This document shows positions 1 through 9,810 of a stretch of 64,000 nucleotides of DNA, one piece after another. A program made the position numbers and the translations under genes. Each line of letters opens with the position of its first letter. Position 1 is the first letter of the stretch. The stretch is from Candidatus Shapirobacteria bacterium (lineage in GTDB: Bacteria > Patescibacteriota > Microgenomatia > UBA12405), in assembly GCA_041661765.1 (NCBI GenBank), contig JBAZTV010000001.1, positions 231,983-295,982 on the forward strand, written 5' to 3'. The notes under the pieces are model-generated. The model was not told the DNA's origin and searched no databases. It saw only the letters and a list, made by a program, of their open reading frames with translations.

Positions 1-1325
1 AAGATTCAAAATATTTAAGCAATTTTATTTTAAAAAAGGGTTATAAAATCGATGATTTAATCGACACCGGCACTTTTGGTAAAAGTCGTTTTGGGTCCGG
101 TCTTTATGATCGTTTTAATGGTCGTCTAACATTTCCTCTTCCCAATTATCGTGGAAACATTGTCGGCTTTTCTGGTCGCATTTTACCCACCAGTAAAAAT
201 CCTAATTTAGCTAAATATATTAATTCTCCAGAAACCGAAATCTATCACAAAAGCCAAATGCTTTTTGGTCTAAATTTAACCAAAGAAACCATAAGACAGG
301 AAAATTCTGTCATTATTGTCGAGGGTGAATTCGACATGATTTCCCCTTTCCAATCTGGTTTTAAAAACATTGTCGCCTTAAAAGGTACGGCCTTTACACT
401 AGATCAACTTCAACTTCTTCGTCGCTACACCGACACTTTAATTTTAGCTCTCGATTCTGATTTTGCCGGTGACAACGCTGCTCGCAAAAGTATTGAATTA
501 GCCGATTCTATGGAGTTTGATATCAAAGTTTTAAATTTAGGTGATAAATATAAAGATCCCGACGAAGCTATTAAAGCCGATCCTGACTTTTTTAAATCAC
601 AACTAAAAAAAGCCACCGACATTTGGGATTTTATTATTCAATCCCAATTAAAAATTCACGATACTAACACCATTAAAGGTAAAAAAGAAGTTTTAAACAT
701 TGTATTACCTCTTTTAATCAAAATCAAAAATTCTGTCGTTAAATCTGATTATTTCAAAAAATTAGCCAATGAAATTAATTCTAGCGAAGAATCTATTTAT
801 GAAGAAGCCAGAAAATATCAAAATACTAATCCCACCAATTTCAATTTAATTCCACAAAAAATACAACCTGTTGAAGAAGTAGAGAGTAAAACCGAAAAAC
901 TTGAAGAATTATTATTAACTCTAATTATTGGTGCTAAAAATCCTGCCAAATTATCCCAAAAACTTAAAAAATATCTTGATCAATTAACCGTGGCTCGTTT
1001 TAAAATCATCGCCAAATATCTTTTAGAAAATGAGTCGTTCACCCTAAAACAAATTTTAGATTCATTACCAGCCGAAATTAAACCACTATTTGAAACCCTT
1101 TATTTTAAATCTCAAAAAAATCCAATTGATTCCAAAATTCGTTTATCAGAAATCAAAAAAGCCACCGACAATATCAATAAAATTTTATTGAAAGATAGGT
1201 TGAATCAGATTAGTAATCAAATAACTAATTCTGAAATAGAAGAAAACAATGAAGAGTTTGATAAATTATTTTTAGAACAAAAACAAATTATGGAAAAACT
1301 CCACCAACTCCAGACAGTAAAATAA
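1..1325 (+). CDS. dnaG: DNA primase, 5'-truncated by window edge
   Basis: Frame is open from position 3 (YDRFNGRLTFP...GFSGR...KYINSPET), continuing into TOPRIM motifs IVEGEFD and LALDSDFAG, and KDPDE; lies directly upstream of rpoD. Confidence 0.97.
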   Translation, partial: DSKYLSNFILKKGYKIDDLIDTGTFGKSRFGSGLYDRFNGRLTFPLPNYRGNIVGFSGRILPTSKNPNLAKYINSPETEIYHKSQMLFGLNLTKETIRQENSVIIVEGEFDMISPFQSGFKNIVALKGTAFTLDQLQLLRRYTDTLILALDSDFAGDNAARKSIELADSMEFDIKVLNLGDKYKDPDEAIKADPDFFKSQLKKATDIWDFIIQSQLKIHDTNTIKGKKEVLNIVLPLLIKIKNSVVKSDYFKKLANEINSSEESIYEEARKYQNTNPTNFNLIPQKIQPVEEVESKTEKLEELLLTLIIGAKNPAKLSQKLKKYLDQLTVARFKIIAKYLLENESFTLKQILDSLPAEIKPLFETLYFKSQKNPIDSKIRLSEIKKATDNINKILLKDRLNQISNQITNSEIEENNEEFDKLFLEQKQIMEKLHQLQTVK

Positions 1326-1377
1326 GCCTCTCTGTCAAGGGAGGTGGACTCCGAAATTTCGGAGGACGGAGGGTTTT
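1326..1377. repeat. GC-rich palindromic intergenic repeat, variant copy
   Basis: gcctctctgtcaagggaggtg...ggagggtttt matches the copies at 54794 and 56282, with a different central hairpin (ctccgaaatttcggag). Confidence 0.8.
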
Positions 1378-1433
1378 AATACCAAAGGGGTTAGTGGTAG
1401 ATTTTAAAAGATTTTTCCTATACAATATACCGC

Positions 1434-2519
1434 ATGGTAGCCACGTTAAACATATCCAAAGTCAAGCAGGCATTACTCACTCAAGCTAAGAAGCTTCACT
1501 ATCTTACCAATGATGAGATTTTAAATCAAATCCCCGAACCGGAAAAACATATTCAAGAAGTTGATGATGTTTTTGATTATCTTTTTGAACATGGTGTTGA
1601 TGTTTTTGATAAAGTCGAATCAAAAGAAGTCATCGAAATAGAAAAAGAAAAAAATAATTCTGCTGATCTTCTCAGTATGTTATCCCAAAAAGGTAATGTT
1701 GATTCGGTCAGAATGTATTTAAAAGAAATTGGAAAAATTAATCTTTTAACCTTTGAAGAAGAAGTTGATCTAGCTCAACAAATTGAAAAAGGTTCTCTTA
1801 GTGCTCGTGAAAGTTTAATCAATGCCAATTTACGTTTAGTTGTTTCCATTGCCAAAAAATATATCGGTCGTGGTTTAACTTTTTTAGATTTAGTCCAAGA
1901 AGGAAATCAAGGATTAATGCGTGCAGTTGAAAAATTCGATTGGCACCGTGGTTTTAAATTTTCCACTTATGCCACTTGGTGGATTCGCCAAGCCATCACT
2001 CGTGCCATCGCCGATCAAGCAAAAACTATTCGTATTCCTGTTCACATGGTTGAAACCATTAATAAAGTTTACAAAGCCACTCGTGCTTTAACTCAAAGAT
2101 TAGGCCATGAACCAGAAATTGAACAAATTGCCGAAGAAGTGGGAATAACTGTTGAAAAAGTCGAAGAAATTTATCGAATTTCCCAAGATACCACCTCGCT
2201 CTCCACTCCAGTCGGTGACGATGAAGACTCATTTTTAGGGGATTTTATCGAAGACACAACTCAGATGTCTCCCTATGAAGAAACTAGTAAAGAATTATTA
2301 CGAGAATCAATCGAAGAAGTTTTAGGTAGTCTTGATGAACGCGAAACAAAAGTTTTAAGTCTTCGTTTTGGCTTAATGGGGGAAACTCCAAAAACTCTCG
2401 AAGAAGTCGGAAAAATTTTCAATGTCACCCGTGAACGTATTCGTCAAATCGAAGCCAAAGCTTTACGAAAACTCCGCCATCCATCCCGCCGTAAAAAACT
2501 CCAAGATTATTTGGAATAA
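1434..2519 (+). CDS. rpoD: RNA polymerase primary sigma factor
   Basis: [60 protein letters not shown]. Confidence 0.98.
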   Translation: MVATLNISKVKQALLTQAKKLHYLTNDEILNQIPEPEKHIQEVDDVFDYLFEHGVDVFDKVESKEVIEIEKEKNNSADLLSMLSQKGNVDSVRMYLKEIGKINLLTFEEEVDLAQQIEKGSLSARESLINANLRLVVSIAKKYIGRGLTFLDLVQEGNQGLMRAVEKFDWHRGFKFSTYATWWIRQAITRAIADQAKTIRIPVHMVETINKVYKATRALTQRLGHEPEIEQIAEEVGITVEKVEEIYRISQDTTSLSTPVGDDEDSFLGDFIEDTTQMSPYEETSKELLRESIEEVLGSLDERETKVLSLRFGLMGETPKTLEEVGKIFNVTRERIRQIEAKALRKLRHPSRRKKLQDYLE

Positions 2520-3034
2520 TGAAAAAACAAAATTTTGAAGGAAAAATTAGAAATTGTAAAAAAGATCTTTGCACTTGTTCTTGTTGTGATGATGATGAAG
2601 TTCAGGAATGGATAATTGAATATTTATCTTTTCACGAAAGATTAAAAGATTTTTTAAAAGAAAAAGGGGTTGGTATTAGTTTTATTGGTGATCGAGTCTA
2701 TTTCAAAAATTGTTCAGACGGTCATCAATGCAAGTTTTTAAAATATTCCTTAAATAAAGATATTGACCCTCGTCCTATCGATTGCAAAATTTACCCTTTT
2801 GTTGTCGATTGGAAATCTATTAATTTTGATAAGAAAATAATCAAACTTTATTACTGGGACAATGAATGTCCTTTAGTCACCGAAAATAAAATATCAAATT
2901 CATTTAAAAAGAATGTAGAAAATATTTTAAAAAGAGACTTTTCTTATCTTTTTCATGGCGCTCAATTCAAAGTAAAATTTATGGATAAAATATTTCCGGA
3001 ACATAAAGCCAAGGCTGATAAACTAAAACCTTAA
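2519..3034 (+). CDS. YkgJ-like cysteine-cluster (Zn/Fe-S) protein
   Basis: CKKDLCTCSCC ... C ... RPIDCKIYPF ... CP pattern; start coupled to the rpoD stop (TAATG). Confidence 0.6.
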   Translation: MKKQNFEGKIRNCKKDLCTCSCCDDDEVQEWIIEYLSFHERLKDFLKEKGVGISFIGDRVYFKNCSDGHQCKFLKYSLNKDIDPRPIDCKIYPFVVDWKSINFDKKIIKLYYWDNECPLVTENKISNSFKKNVENILKRDFSYLFHGAQFKVKFMDKIFPEHKAKADKLKP

Positions 3035-3053
3035 TTTTCAAGTACAATAAAAT

Positions 3054-3452
3054 ATGCAATATGTCCGAGTTGCCGTCCACGGCCTGATCAAAAAAAACGG
3101 CAAAATTTTAGTTACCAAACGCCCATTCGATGATGACTATATGCCTATGCTTTGGGATATTCCTGGTGGCACTATTAAATTTCAAGAAAACGCCAATGAT
3201 GCTTTAGTTAGAGAAATTAATGAAGAAACAAAATTAAAAGTAAAAATAGGAAATATTATATTTTGTCATGATTTTCCCTCTGGTCCTGAACGTCACCAAT
3301 TTCAAATGGTGTATGAGTGTGAATATGAAAGTGGAGAAGTAATTCTTAACCCCGACGATCACTATGAATTTAAGTGGGTTTCACTAGATGAAATTGAACA
3401 ATTACCCAAAATTGCCCTTTTAGAAGAACTATTTAAATTCCTCAAAAAGTAA
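3054..3452 (+). CDS. NUDIX hydrolase
   Basis: Nudix box PGGTIKFQENANDALVREINEETKL. Confidence 0.92.
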   Translation: MQYVRVAVHGLIKKNGKILVTKRPFDDDYMPMLWDIPGGTIKFQENANDALVREINEETKLKVKIGNIIFCHDFPSGPERHQFQMVYECEYESGEVILNPDDHYEFKWVSLDEIEQLPKIALLEELFKFLKK

Positions 3453-3463
3453 AAATCAGAATC

Positions 3464-3493
3464 TTGACAAACTTTGCCAATATATGACATAAT
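3464..3493 (+). promoter_or_regulatory. sigma70 promoter of the toxin-antitoxin operon
   Basis: TTGACA (3464-3469), 18 bp spacer, TGn-CATAAT (3488-3493), 7 nt before ATG 3501. Confidence 0.7.
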
Positions 3494-3500
3494 ATATGTT

Positions 3501-3791
3501 ATGACCACAGTGAACATCTCTATTACCGATAATCAGGCAAAATTTATCGACAAACTCGCCAAAGATTACAATTTTGACAACCGCAGTGAATTAATTCGTA
3601 GTTTCATTCGTCTCTTTCAATTTCGCCCACAATTAATTGACGAAGTTATCGGTTTTCCATTCTCGCTTCCAGACACCAACAGTCGTTCAAAAGTTGTTGA
3701 TAGCTTCAAAGAAACCGGTAAATATTCACCAGAGTTCTTAAAAGATTTAGAAAATGGTTTAAAAAATAGTAAATTTTTTAGCCAAAAATGA
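3501..3791 (+). CDS. Ribbon-helix-helix antitoxin (start likely ATG 3501 rather than TTG 3474)
   Basis: MTTVNISITD...IDKL...NRSELIR RHH signature; overlaps the downstream toxin gene by 4 bp. Confidence 0.75.
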   Translation: MTTVNISITDNQAKFIDKLAKDYNFDNRSELIRSFIRLFQFRPQLIDEVIGFPFSLPDTNSRSKVVDSFKETGKYSPEFLKDLENGLKNSKFFSQK

Positions 3792-4036
3792 ATCTAGATT
3801 TTTTAAATAAAGATCAAAAGAAATATTTATCTAGTCATAATCTAATTCATAAATTTGAAAAACAATACGATTTATTTTTAAAAAATCCACATCATCCAAG
3901 TTTAAATTTGGAAATATTAGAACCAAAAAACCGAGGTATCCATAGTTTTAGAATTGACAGAAAATATCGAGTTATTTTTATTTTTAATCCAGATCAAAAT
4001 ATTGAAATACTATTTATAACCAATCATTACAAGTAA
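3788..4036 (+). CDS. RelE/ParE-superfamily toxin
   Basis: 82 aa; NPHHPSLNLE...HSFRIDRKYRVIF; coupled to the RHH gene. Confidence 0.8.
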   Translation: MNLDFLNKDQKKYLSSHNLIHKFEKQYDLFLKNPHHPSLNLEILEPKNRGIHSFRIDRKYRVIFIFNPDQNIEILFITNHYK

Positions 4037-4038
4037 TT

Positions 4039-4578
4039 TTATTTAAAGTCTTCAAAAACAATCGCCTCGGCATTATTTACTTCAACTTTATCAGCAGTTT
4101 TTCCCGTAATTTCAGCCACCATTATTTTAATTGGTTCTTCATGACTTACCACTAAAACGGTTGAATTTTCATCTTCCAACTTCAAATCCTCCAAAAAAAG
4201 AGTCACTCTTTTAACCAAATGGATTAAACTTTCCACTCCCATTTCTTTATTTACTGCATTGTCTTCATTTAAACTTTCTTTATTAATTGAATCAATTTCT
4301 ACTCCAGTATATTCACCATAATCTCTTTCTTCAATTAATTTTGACATATAAATTGGCACATCAATTGGATCTTCATCTAAAACATGTTCCAAAGTTTCTC
4401 GACACCTAGTCAAAGGTGAACAAAAAATCATATCAATTTTATATTTTTCTTTTAATTCTTTTCCTACCTCTTTAGATTGCTCAATTCCCTTAGCTGTTAA
4501 TTTTCCACAATCTTGTCCTGCCAAAATATTATTAATATTATCTTCAGTTTCTCCATGTCTTAGTAAAATTAATTTCAT
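4039..4578 (-). CDS. Histidine phosphatase (PGM family)
   Basis: LRHGET, SPLTRCRET, ERDYG, VVSH. Confidence 0.92.
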   Translation of the reverse strand: MKLILLRHGETEDNINNILAGQDCGKLTAKGIEQSKEVGKELKEKYKIDMIFCSPLTRCRETLEHVLDEDPIDVPIYMSKLIEERDYGEYTGVEIDSINKESLNEDNAVNKEMGVESLIHLVKRVTLFLEDLKLEDENSTVLVVSHEEPIKIMVAEITGKTADKVEVNNAEAIVFEDFK

Positions 4579-4673
4579 GACAAATATTATACCGTAATTT
4601 ATTTATTTTCTAAATTAGAATCAAATGTTATAATAATGTTCACCATTCCGAAACTTTAGTGAAGGATGGACAT

Positions 4674-4745
4674 TCGCCCTTAGCTCAACGGTAGAGCAAT
4701 CCGCTGTTAACGGAAAGGTTTTTGGTTCGAATCCAGAAGGGCGAG
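4674..4745 (+). tRNA. tRNA-Asn(GTT), CCA not encoded
   Basis: Acceptor TCGCCCT/AGGGCGA, D arm GCTC..GAGC, anticodon loop CTGTTAA, T loop TTCGAAT, discriminator G. Confidence 0.96.
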
Positions 4746-4784
4746 CGTAATATCACACATATATTTCACATGTATAATTAGATT

Positions 4785-5285
4785 ATGAATTATGACCCAA
4801 TCAATTTTTCTAAAAATTTAGTCAAAGGAAGAATCGCTGAAACATTATTTGAACAGATGCTTCGTGATGCTGAATGTTTTACAATTTTATCTTTTGGTTA
4901 TGAAAACATTATTCCAGAACTTGCTCATCGCCAAGATGATATAAGAGCACAAGAAACAATGGAAATAATCAGACGAGCTCCTGATTTTGCTGTAATAAAT
5001 AATGAGACACATGATGTTTATTTAATAGAAGTTAAATATTTAATGAAACCTGCTGCTAGTACAATTCTTAAAGATGCAGAAAGAATGTTTCAATCTTGGA
5101 AACCATCTTATCTATTTTTAGCAACACCAGAAGGTTTTTATTTTGATAAGGCCAGTGACATTGTTAAAAATAATGGAATTATAAAACCGTTTTATCATCC
5201 ACAAATTTCAAAAGAATTGCAATTAAAATATACTCAACTACTAAATGAGTTTATTGTTCCAACTGAAACGACACCTAAAAACTAA
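4785..5285 (+). CDS. PD-(D/E)XK nuclease-like protein
   Basis: GRIAE...PDFAVI...LIEVKY catalytic motif spacing. Confidence 0.65.
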   Translation: MNYDPINFSKNLVKGRIAETLFEQMLRDAECFTILSFGYENIIPELAHRQDDIRAQETMEIIRRAPDFAVINNETHDVYLIEVKYLMKPAASTILKDAERMFQSWKPSYLFLATPEGFYFDKASDIVKNNGIIKPFYHPQISKELQLKYTQLLNEFIVPTETTPKN

Positions 5286-5520
5286 TATTGTGATTAGTCA
5301 AAAACTCAAAACAATTTCAAAAAGTGAAGAAGAAACAAGAGAATATTTTAAGCGAAAATATAATTGGGATATAGCAGAGGCTGATTATCAAGAAGTTTCT
5401 CAGTCCATGTATTACTTAGGTAAAGCGATTTATAGAAGTTTACAATTAGAGTACAAAAGTGACTCAGTCAATATTAAAAATAAGAAAATCATTAGGCAAG
5501 ATAGCAGAAAATTTGTCTGA
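5245..5520 (+). CDS. Small helical hypothetical protein (true start may be GTG ~5289)
   Basis: ORF track; EETREYFKRKYNWDIAEADYQEV resembles the small protein at 8773-8934. Confidence 0.5.
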   Translation: MSLLFQLKRHLKTNIVISQKLKTISKSEEETREYFKRKYNWDIAEADYQEVSQSMYYLGKAIYRSLQLEYKSDSVNIKNKKIIRQDSRKFV

Positions 5521-5656
5521 CGATGAAGTTTTAAAATTAGATACCAAAATGGAGATTTTTGCCAATCTTATTTTAGATAAAATATTATCCTTAACGCCGG
5601 AAGAGAGAAAAATACTTAATGATAAAATTAGAAAAGGAAATTCAAGTTATATTTAA
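5459..5656 (+). CDS. Small hypothetical protein of the type seen beside serine recombinases
   Basis: SILKIRKSLGKIAENLSDDEVLKL...FANLILD helical motif. Confidence 0.55.
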   Translation: MTQSILKIRKSLGKIAENLSDDEVLKLDTKMEIFANLILDKILSLTPEERKILNDKIRKGNSSYI

Positions 5657-5674
5657 AATTAAATTAAAAATAGA

Positions 5675-6487
5675 ATGACATCAAATAACGATGAATTATC
5701 AAAAACTTTAAGATGGAGAGTAAAATCTCTTAAAATTTTTGTTAAAGCATTCAAACGATATATCGAAGTCGCATCACCTTTTGTTACTGAGGATAATACT
5801 GAGCTGAATAAGGAATATAAAGATATACAAAGATTTCTAAGCTATTTTGAAGAGCAAATAGAAAATGGTGATGGTGATTATGATTTTGTTGATTTAATAT
5901 TTTTAGGTAAAAGTTGGGGTAAAATTTATGATCTGATGTGGAAATATAATGGTTGGAAAAAACAACTATTTGATGAAAGAGAAAGAATAATCGTTATTAA
6001 AGCAGCTCTGGAAGGTGACAAAAAACATCTTGAAGAAATAAATGAAATACTAAATAATGATTGTTGGTCATTATTTAACAGATGTCCAATTTTAATTGAT
6101 AGTTTTTATAATGTTATTCATCCGAAGACAGATGATCCAATTATTCAACAAGTCTTTAATATTGAAACTTTAAATGGTGTGCTTGCTGGTACAAATAATG
6201 GAATAATTACTCAAAACAATGAAAGTAAAAAAGTATTAAAAGCTATACAAGAAATAACAAATATTCTTGAAAAAGAATATCTTGAAAATAAAAATACACC
6301 GGAGATACTTTCAAATTTACAAGAGATTCAAGGTGAATTACTTAAACCATTTCCTGATAATTTAAAAATGAAAAAAGCTGCTGATGGACTACAGACGGTT
6401 GCAAATATTACTCAGATTGGTTCATTCGCGGTTGCAATCGCACCCCATTTGCAGACAATACAACAATTTATCAGTAAATTTATTTAA
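5675..6487 (+). CDS. Hypothetical protein, candidate defence/accessory
   Basis: 270 aa ORF; N/G/Q-rich linker followed by a helical C-terminal domain; convergent with the LSR. Confidence 0.7.
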   Translation: MTSNNDELSKTLRWRVKSLKIFVKAFKRYIEVASPFVTEDNTELNKEYKDIQRFLSYFEEQIENGDGDYDFVDLIFLGKSWGKIYDLMWKYNGWKKQLFDERERIIVIKAALEGDKKHLEEINEILNNDCWSLFNRCPILIDSFYNVIHPKTDDPIIQQVFNIETLNGVLAGTNNGIITQNNESKKVLKAIQEITNILEKEYLENKNTPEILSNLQEIQGELLKPFPDNLKMKKAADGLQTVANITQIGSFAVAIAPHLQTIQQFISKFI

Positions 6488-8205
6488 TAAATCCCGCATA
6501 CAGCTATTCTTATTTGTTCCAAAGCAGGGAGCATAGACAATTTTTTATCGCACAAACCATCATATTTATTGGTATCTTCCATTAAATCTTTAGGTTCGAA
6601 CACCACATATTTCTTATCATCAGAGTTTTTAAATTCAACAATGTACTGAAGTGGTTTTGTAAGGTTGATTCCAATGATTTTGTCTTTCAATGTTAGGTTC
6701 GAAGATAAAGAAAGCAATATTTGTTTTCTCGTCTCTAAGTCACCATTTTTAAACCAATATTTGGCATAACAAGCAAAGTTAAAAGTTCGTTCTGATAATT
6801 CAACCCATTGATTGACTCGATCACCAGTTTGATTCATCTTTTCTTCCAATTCTTTTTTCTCTTTCATTAATGTTTCTTTTTGACTCTTAAATTCATCGTC
6901 AGACAATAATTCATTGTCGGTGTTTTGTGGCGATATTTTTAATTTAACTAGGTTATCGATTCTATTAACAACTTTTTTATAGTCTTCTTGGAAAGAATCA
7001 ATTGAGGCATTACGGCTGACTTTTTCTAAATCATAAAGTCTGTTTAATCTTTTGATCGCCCAATTTTTAAATCTCTCTGAAATTTGAATTTTTCCCAAAT
7101 ATTCTTCAACTTGTTCCATTAATTTTTCTTCAGTGACACACCCTTGAGTACAGTGAGGGTTTTTACTTTTAGCACAGTGGTAGTAAGTGTAGTGAAGTAA
7201 TTTTGGATTAACCATATTTTCAATCAAAGTTTCACATTTTGGACAAGCTTTTTTATTCATTGAGGCAAATTTCTGTTTACAAACAGGGCAGATTATTTGA
7301 AACTTTTCTTCAGCAGTAATGGCACCGCCACATTCATTGCATTTAATTAACCCAGATGCAAAAAATTCTCTTGTGTGTGGTCGAGGACTACAACCTTTTC
7401 CGAGCAATATTTGTACTCTATCAAAGTCTTGTCGTGTAATCATCGGTTCATGTTTACCTTTATAAATTTTTCCAGCATATTCAAACTCTCCAAAATAAAA
7501 AGTATCTTCAAAGATTTTATAAATTGTTGATCGTGGCATTGGCTTACCACCATATCGTCCATTTTCAGGAGATCGATATCCCATTTCAGTATTAATATAT
7601 CTTTGAATCTTTGGTGGTGACCATGCACCAGTCAGCATTAACTCCCAAGCCTTTTTTATGATTTGGAATCGAATTGGATCAGACTGAATTTTTTTATTTC
7701 CTTTACTAGAATAGCGATCATTCATATAGCCTGGTTTTGCCCCACTTGGTAACCACCCCATTTCAGCCTTAGTTTTTAATCCACGTTTTACATTTCTTGA
7801 GAGGTCGAGAATAAATTGATTTGCCATACCTCCCTCTACATAAAGCATCAAATTATCGATCGTAGTATATGATTTTTGAGGAGTGACAATAACTACTTCT
7901 TTATCATTTACTGCCCATGTTATTGCACCCATATCGATTGGGTTACGATATAGACGATCTAACTTCCAACAAACAATTCCATTAATTTCTCCAGTTTGTA
8001 CTCTAGCCATCATTTTGGCAAATATTGGTCGCCCTGGTGCTTTTGCGGATTTTGATTCAGTGTAAATGTCTTCTTTCTCAACCTTAATGCCACTTCTTTT
8101 TGCCAATTCTTTAAGTTCATTTAATTGGCTATCAATAGAAAGCACCTGTTTATCTTCAGTGTCAGTCGATTTTCTAGCATAAATGACATATTTCATATTT
8201 TCCAT
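6484..8205 (-). CDS. Large serine recombinase (resolvase + recombinase + Zn-ribbon + coiled coil)
   Basis: YARKST catalytic Ser, SIDSQ, ESKSAKAPGRP, WKLDRLYRN, GKHEPMIT, CNECG...YYHC. Confidence 0.96.
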   Translation of the reverse strand: MENMKYVIYARKSTDTEDKQVLSIDSQLNELKELAKRSGIKVEKEDIYTESKSAKAPGRPIFAKMMARVQTGEINGIVCWKLDRLYRNPIDMGAITWAVNDKEVVIVTPQKSYTTIDNLMLYVEGGMANQFILDLSRNVKRGLKTKAEMGWLPSGAKPGYMNDRYSSKGNKKIQSDPIRFQIIKKAWELMLTGAWSPPKIQRYINTEMGYRSPENGRYGGKPMPRSTIYKIFEDTFYFGEFEYAGKIYKGKHEPMITRQDFDRVQILLGKGCSPRPHTREFFASGLIKCNECGGAITAEEKFQIICPVCKQKFASMNKKACPKCETLIENMVNPKLLHYTYYHCAKSKNPHCTQGCVTEEKLMEQVEEYLGKIQISERFKNWAIKRLNRLYDLEKVSRNASIDSFQEDYKKVVNRIDNLVKLKISPQNTDNELLSDDEFKSQKETLMKEKKELEEKMNQTGDRVNQWVELSERTFNFACYAKYWFKNGDLETRKQILLSLSSNLTLKDKIIGINLTKPLQYIVEFKNSDDKKYVVFEPKDLMEDTNKYDGLCDKKLSMLPALEQIRIAVCGIY

Positions 8206-8270
8206 AATTGTATATTTATCCTATCTTTAGCCTAAATATATTATATCGGATACCCAAATATAATCCAAGG

Positions 8271-8786
8271 TTAAAAAGGTACCTCCTCATCAGAAAAACT
8301 ACTATTATCATTAGTTTTGTTAGATTCCTTTAAATTACTATTAATATCAACATTAGAAGAACTATTAGAAAAACTATTTTGGGTTTGTTTACTTGCACCA
8401 TTAGAATTATTGTTTTCGCCATTAAAATTCCATCTATCTACTTCAGAAAAATCAATCCAATCATCGTCAGCATTTTTAACAGAAACAACTTTTATTTCGT
8501 AAAAACTTTCTTCTTTTTTTAAAATTAACTCTTTTTTTAATAATTTATTCATTACTCTTGAAACTTTCGTTATTGACCATCGGGTCATTCTAGAAAGGTC
8601 AGCAAGAGTAACCTCTACATGTTTATAATTTTTATGTCTTTTATCCCAGTCATAAAGTGCATTTAATAAATCCCATAATCTATATTCAGAATCATCTAAC
8701 TTAAATTTAAGTGCAGTCAAATGTCTGTCTCTCCTCAAAAATTGGAACCCCTTTTCTAGTCGATAAGCCTTACTACTTGTCTTCAT
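8271..8786 (-). CDS. Winged-helix DNA-binding protein with low-complexity linker and acidic DEEVPF tail
   Basis: TLADLSRMTRWSITKVSRVMNKLLKKELI HTH pattern; N/S-rich C-terminal third. Confidence 0.65.
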   Translation of the reverse strand: MKTSSKAYRLEKGFQFLRRDRHLTALKFKLDDSEYRLWDLLNALYDWDKRHKNYKHVEVTLADLSRMTRWSITKVSRVMNKLLKKELILKKEESFYEIKVVSVKNADDDWIDFSEVDRWNFNGENNNSNGASKQTQNSFSNSSSNVDINSNLKESNKTNDNSSFSDEEVPF

Positions 8787-8934
8787 TTTCCTTTTTTGGC
8801 ATTGCTTTATAAATCACTTGAAAAAGATTTAAAAGCCTTTGCCCTTGTTCTTCTGCCACATCATCGCCAATTTCCTCGCCAAACTCAGCAAGCCATATTT
8901 CTTTGAATTCGTTGAGGTCTTGTTGGTTTAACAT
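8773..8934 (-). CDS. 53-aa small protein absent from the ORF track (MLNQQDLNEFKEIWLAEFGEEIGDDVAEEQGQRLLNLFQVIYKAMPKKENEDK)
   Basis: Translated by hand from ATG 8934 to TAG 8773; overlaps the start of the wHTH gene; first gene of the presumed LSR operon. Confidence 0.75.
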   Translation of the reverse strand: MLNQQDLNEFKEIWLAEFGEEIGDDVAEEQGQRLLNLFQVIYKAMPKKENEDK

Positions 8935-9007
8935 TTCGACAGTTAATTAATAACTGTCATATTATGAATCTGTGGAAAGTTACGAGATATGAACAAGTGA
9001 ACAGGTG

Positions 9008-9736
9008 TTACATGTCCACAGCGAGAAGTTTTTTATATCTTTGAATTGATCGTTTTACCCCTTCAACACCAGACACACTCGTTAAAGGATTATTTAATTT
9101 CATCTGTTGTTGTTTTTCTTTTTCTGATAATTCTGATAATGCAATTTGGGCATAACTTTCGCCTTTTACATTTCGCCAATACCAATGTCGATCACGTTTA
9201 ATATTAGTTATATTTTTTGGGTCTTTTAACTCCTTATATATCGGACTCCACAACTCATCTGGCACCAACTCAAACATTTTCTTTTTATAAGTTTCAAACT
9301 TTTTATCAAACAATTCGTTTAATTCTTTTTTGGTCGTAAACTGATCTAAAATAATTGTCATAGTAGTACCAAGAGGATATTTAAACCATTTTTGACTATC
9401 ATAAATCTTGAATTTCACTGGTTTATAATCTTTTAAAGTCACTTTATTTGATAACGTTGCGGCTAACATTACGGATTCAAAACTGGCTGGTCTAGAATAC
9501 TTTGTAGCCAAAAAAGTAATATCGTCTCGTAGTTGTTCAAATTCCTCAGTTGTCGTTTGTTGTAGCCGTTCTGGTGAAGCCAAATAACTATTAAATATAG
9601 TCCTAAGTTCCATTATTTCTTTCAAACAATCAAGTCTGTCTAATACTGTCACTAATTGAAAATATCGATGATTTTCAAATCGATCATCGACTTCTATTGG
9701 GTCAAGATTCATTGATATTAATTTTTCTGTCTTCAC
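9008..9736 (-). CDS. Hypothetical protein with possible C-terminal HTH
   Basis: 242 aa ORF; KGESYAQIA...VKRSIQRYKK resembles an HTH. Confidence 0.6.
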   Translation of the reverse strand: MKTEKLISMNLDPIEVDDRFENHRYFQLVTVLDRLDCLKEIMELRTIFNSYLASPERLQQTTTEEFEQLRDDITFLATKYSRPASFESVMLAATLSNKVTLKDYKPVKFKIYDSQKWFKYPLGTTMTIILDQFTTKKELNELFDKKFETYKKKMFELVPDELWSPIYKELKDPKNITNIKRDRHWYWRNVKGESYAQIALSELSEKEKQQQMKLNNPLTSVSGVEGVKRSIQRYKKLLAVDM

Positions 9737-9810
9737 TACACAATTTTAGCCTATGATGACACGACATTGGAGGTATAATCAAATCATCTAATAATATTAA
9801 TGTTTGAAAA

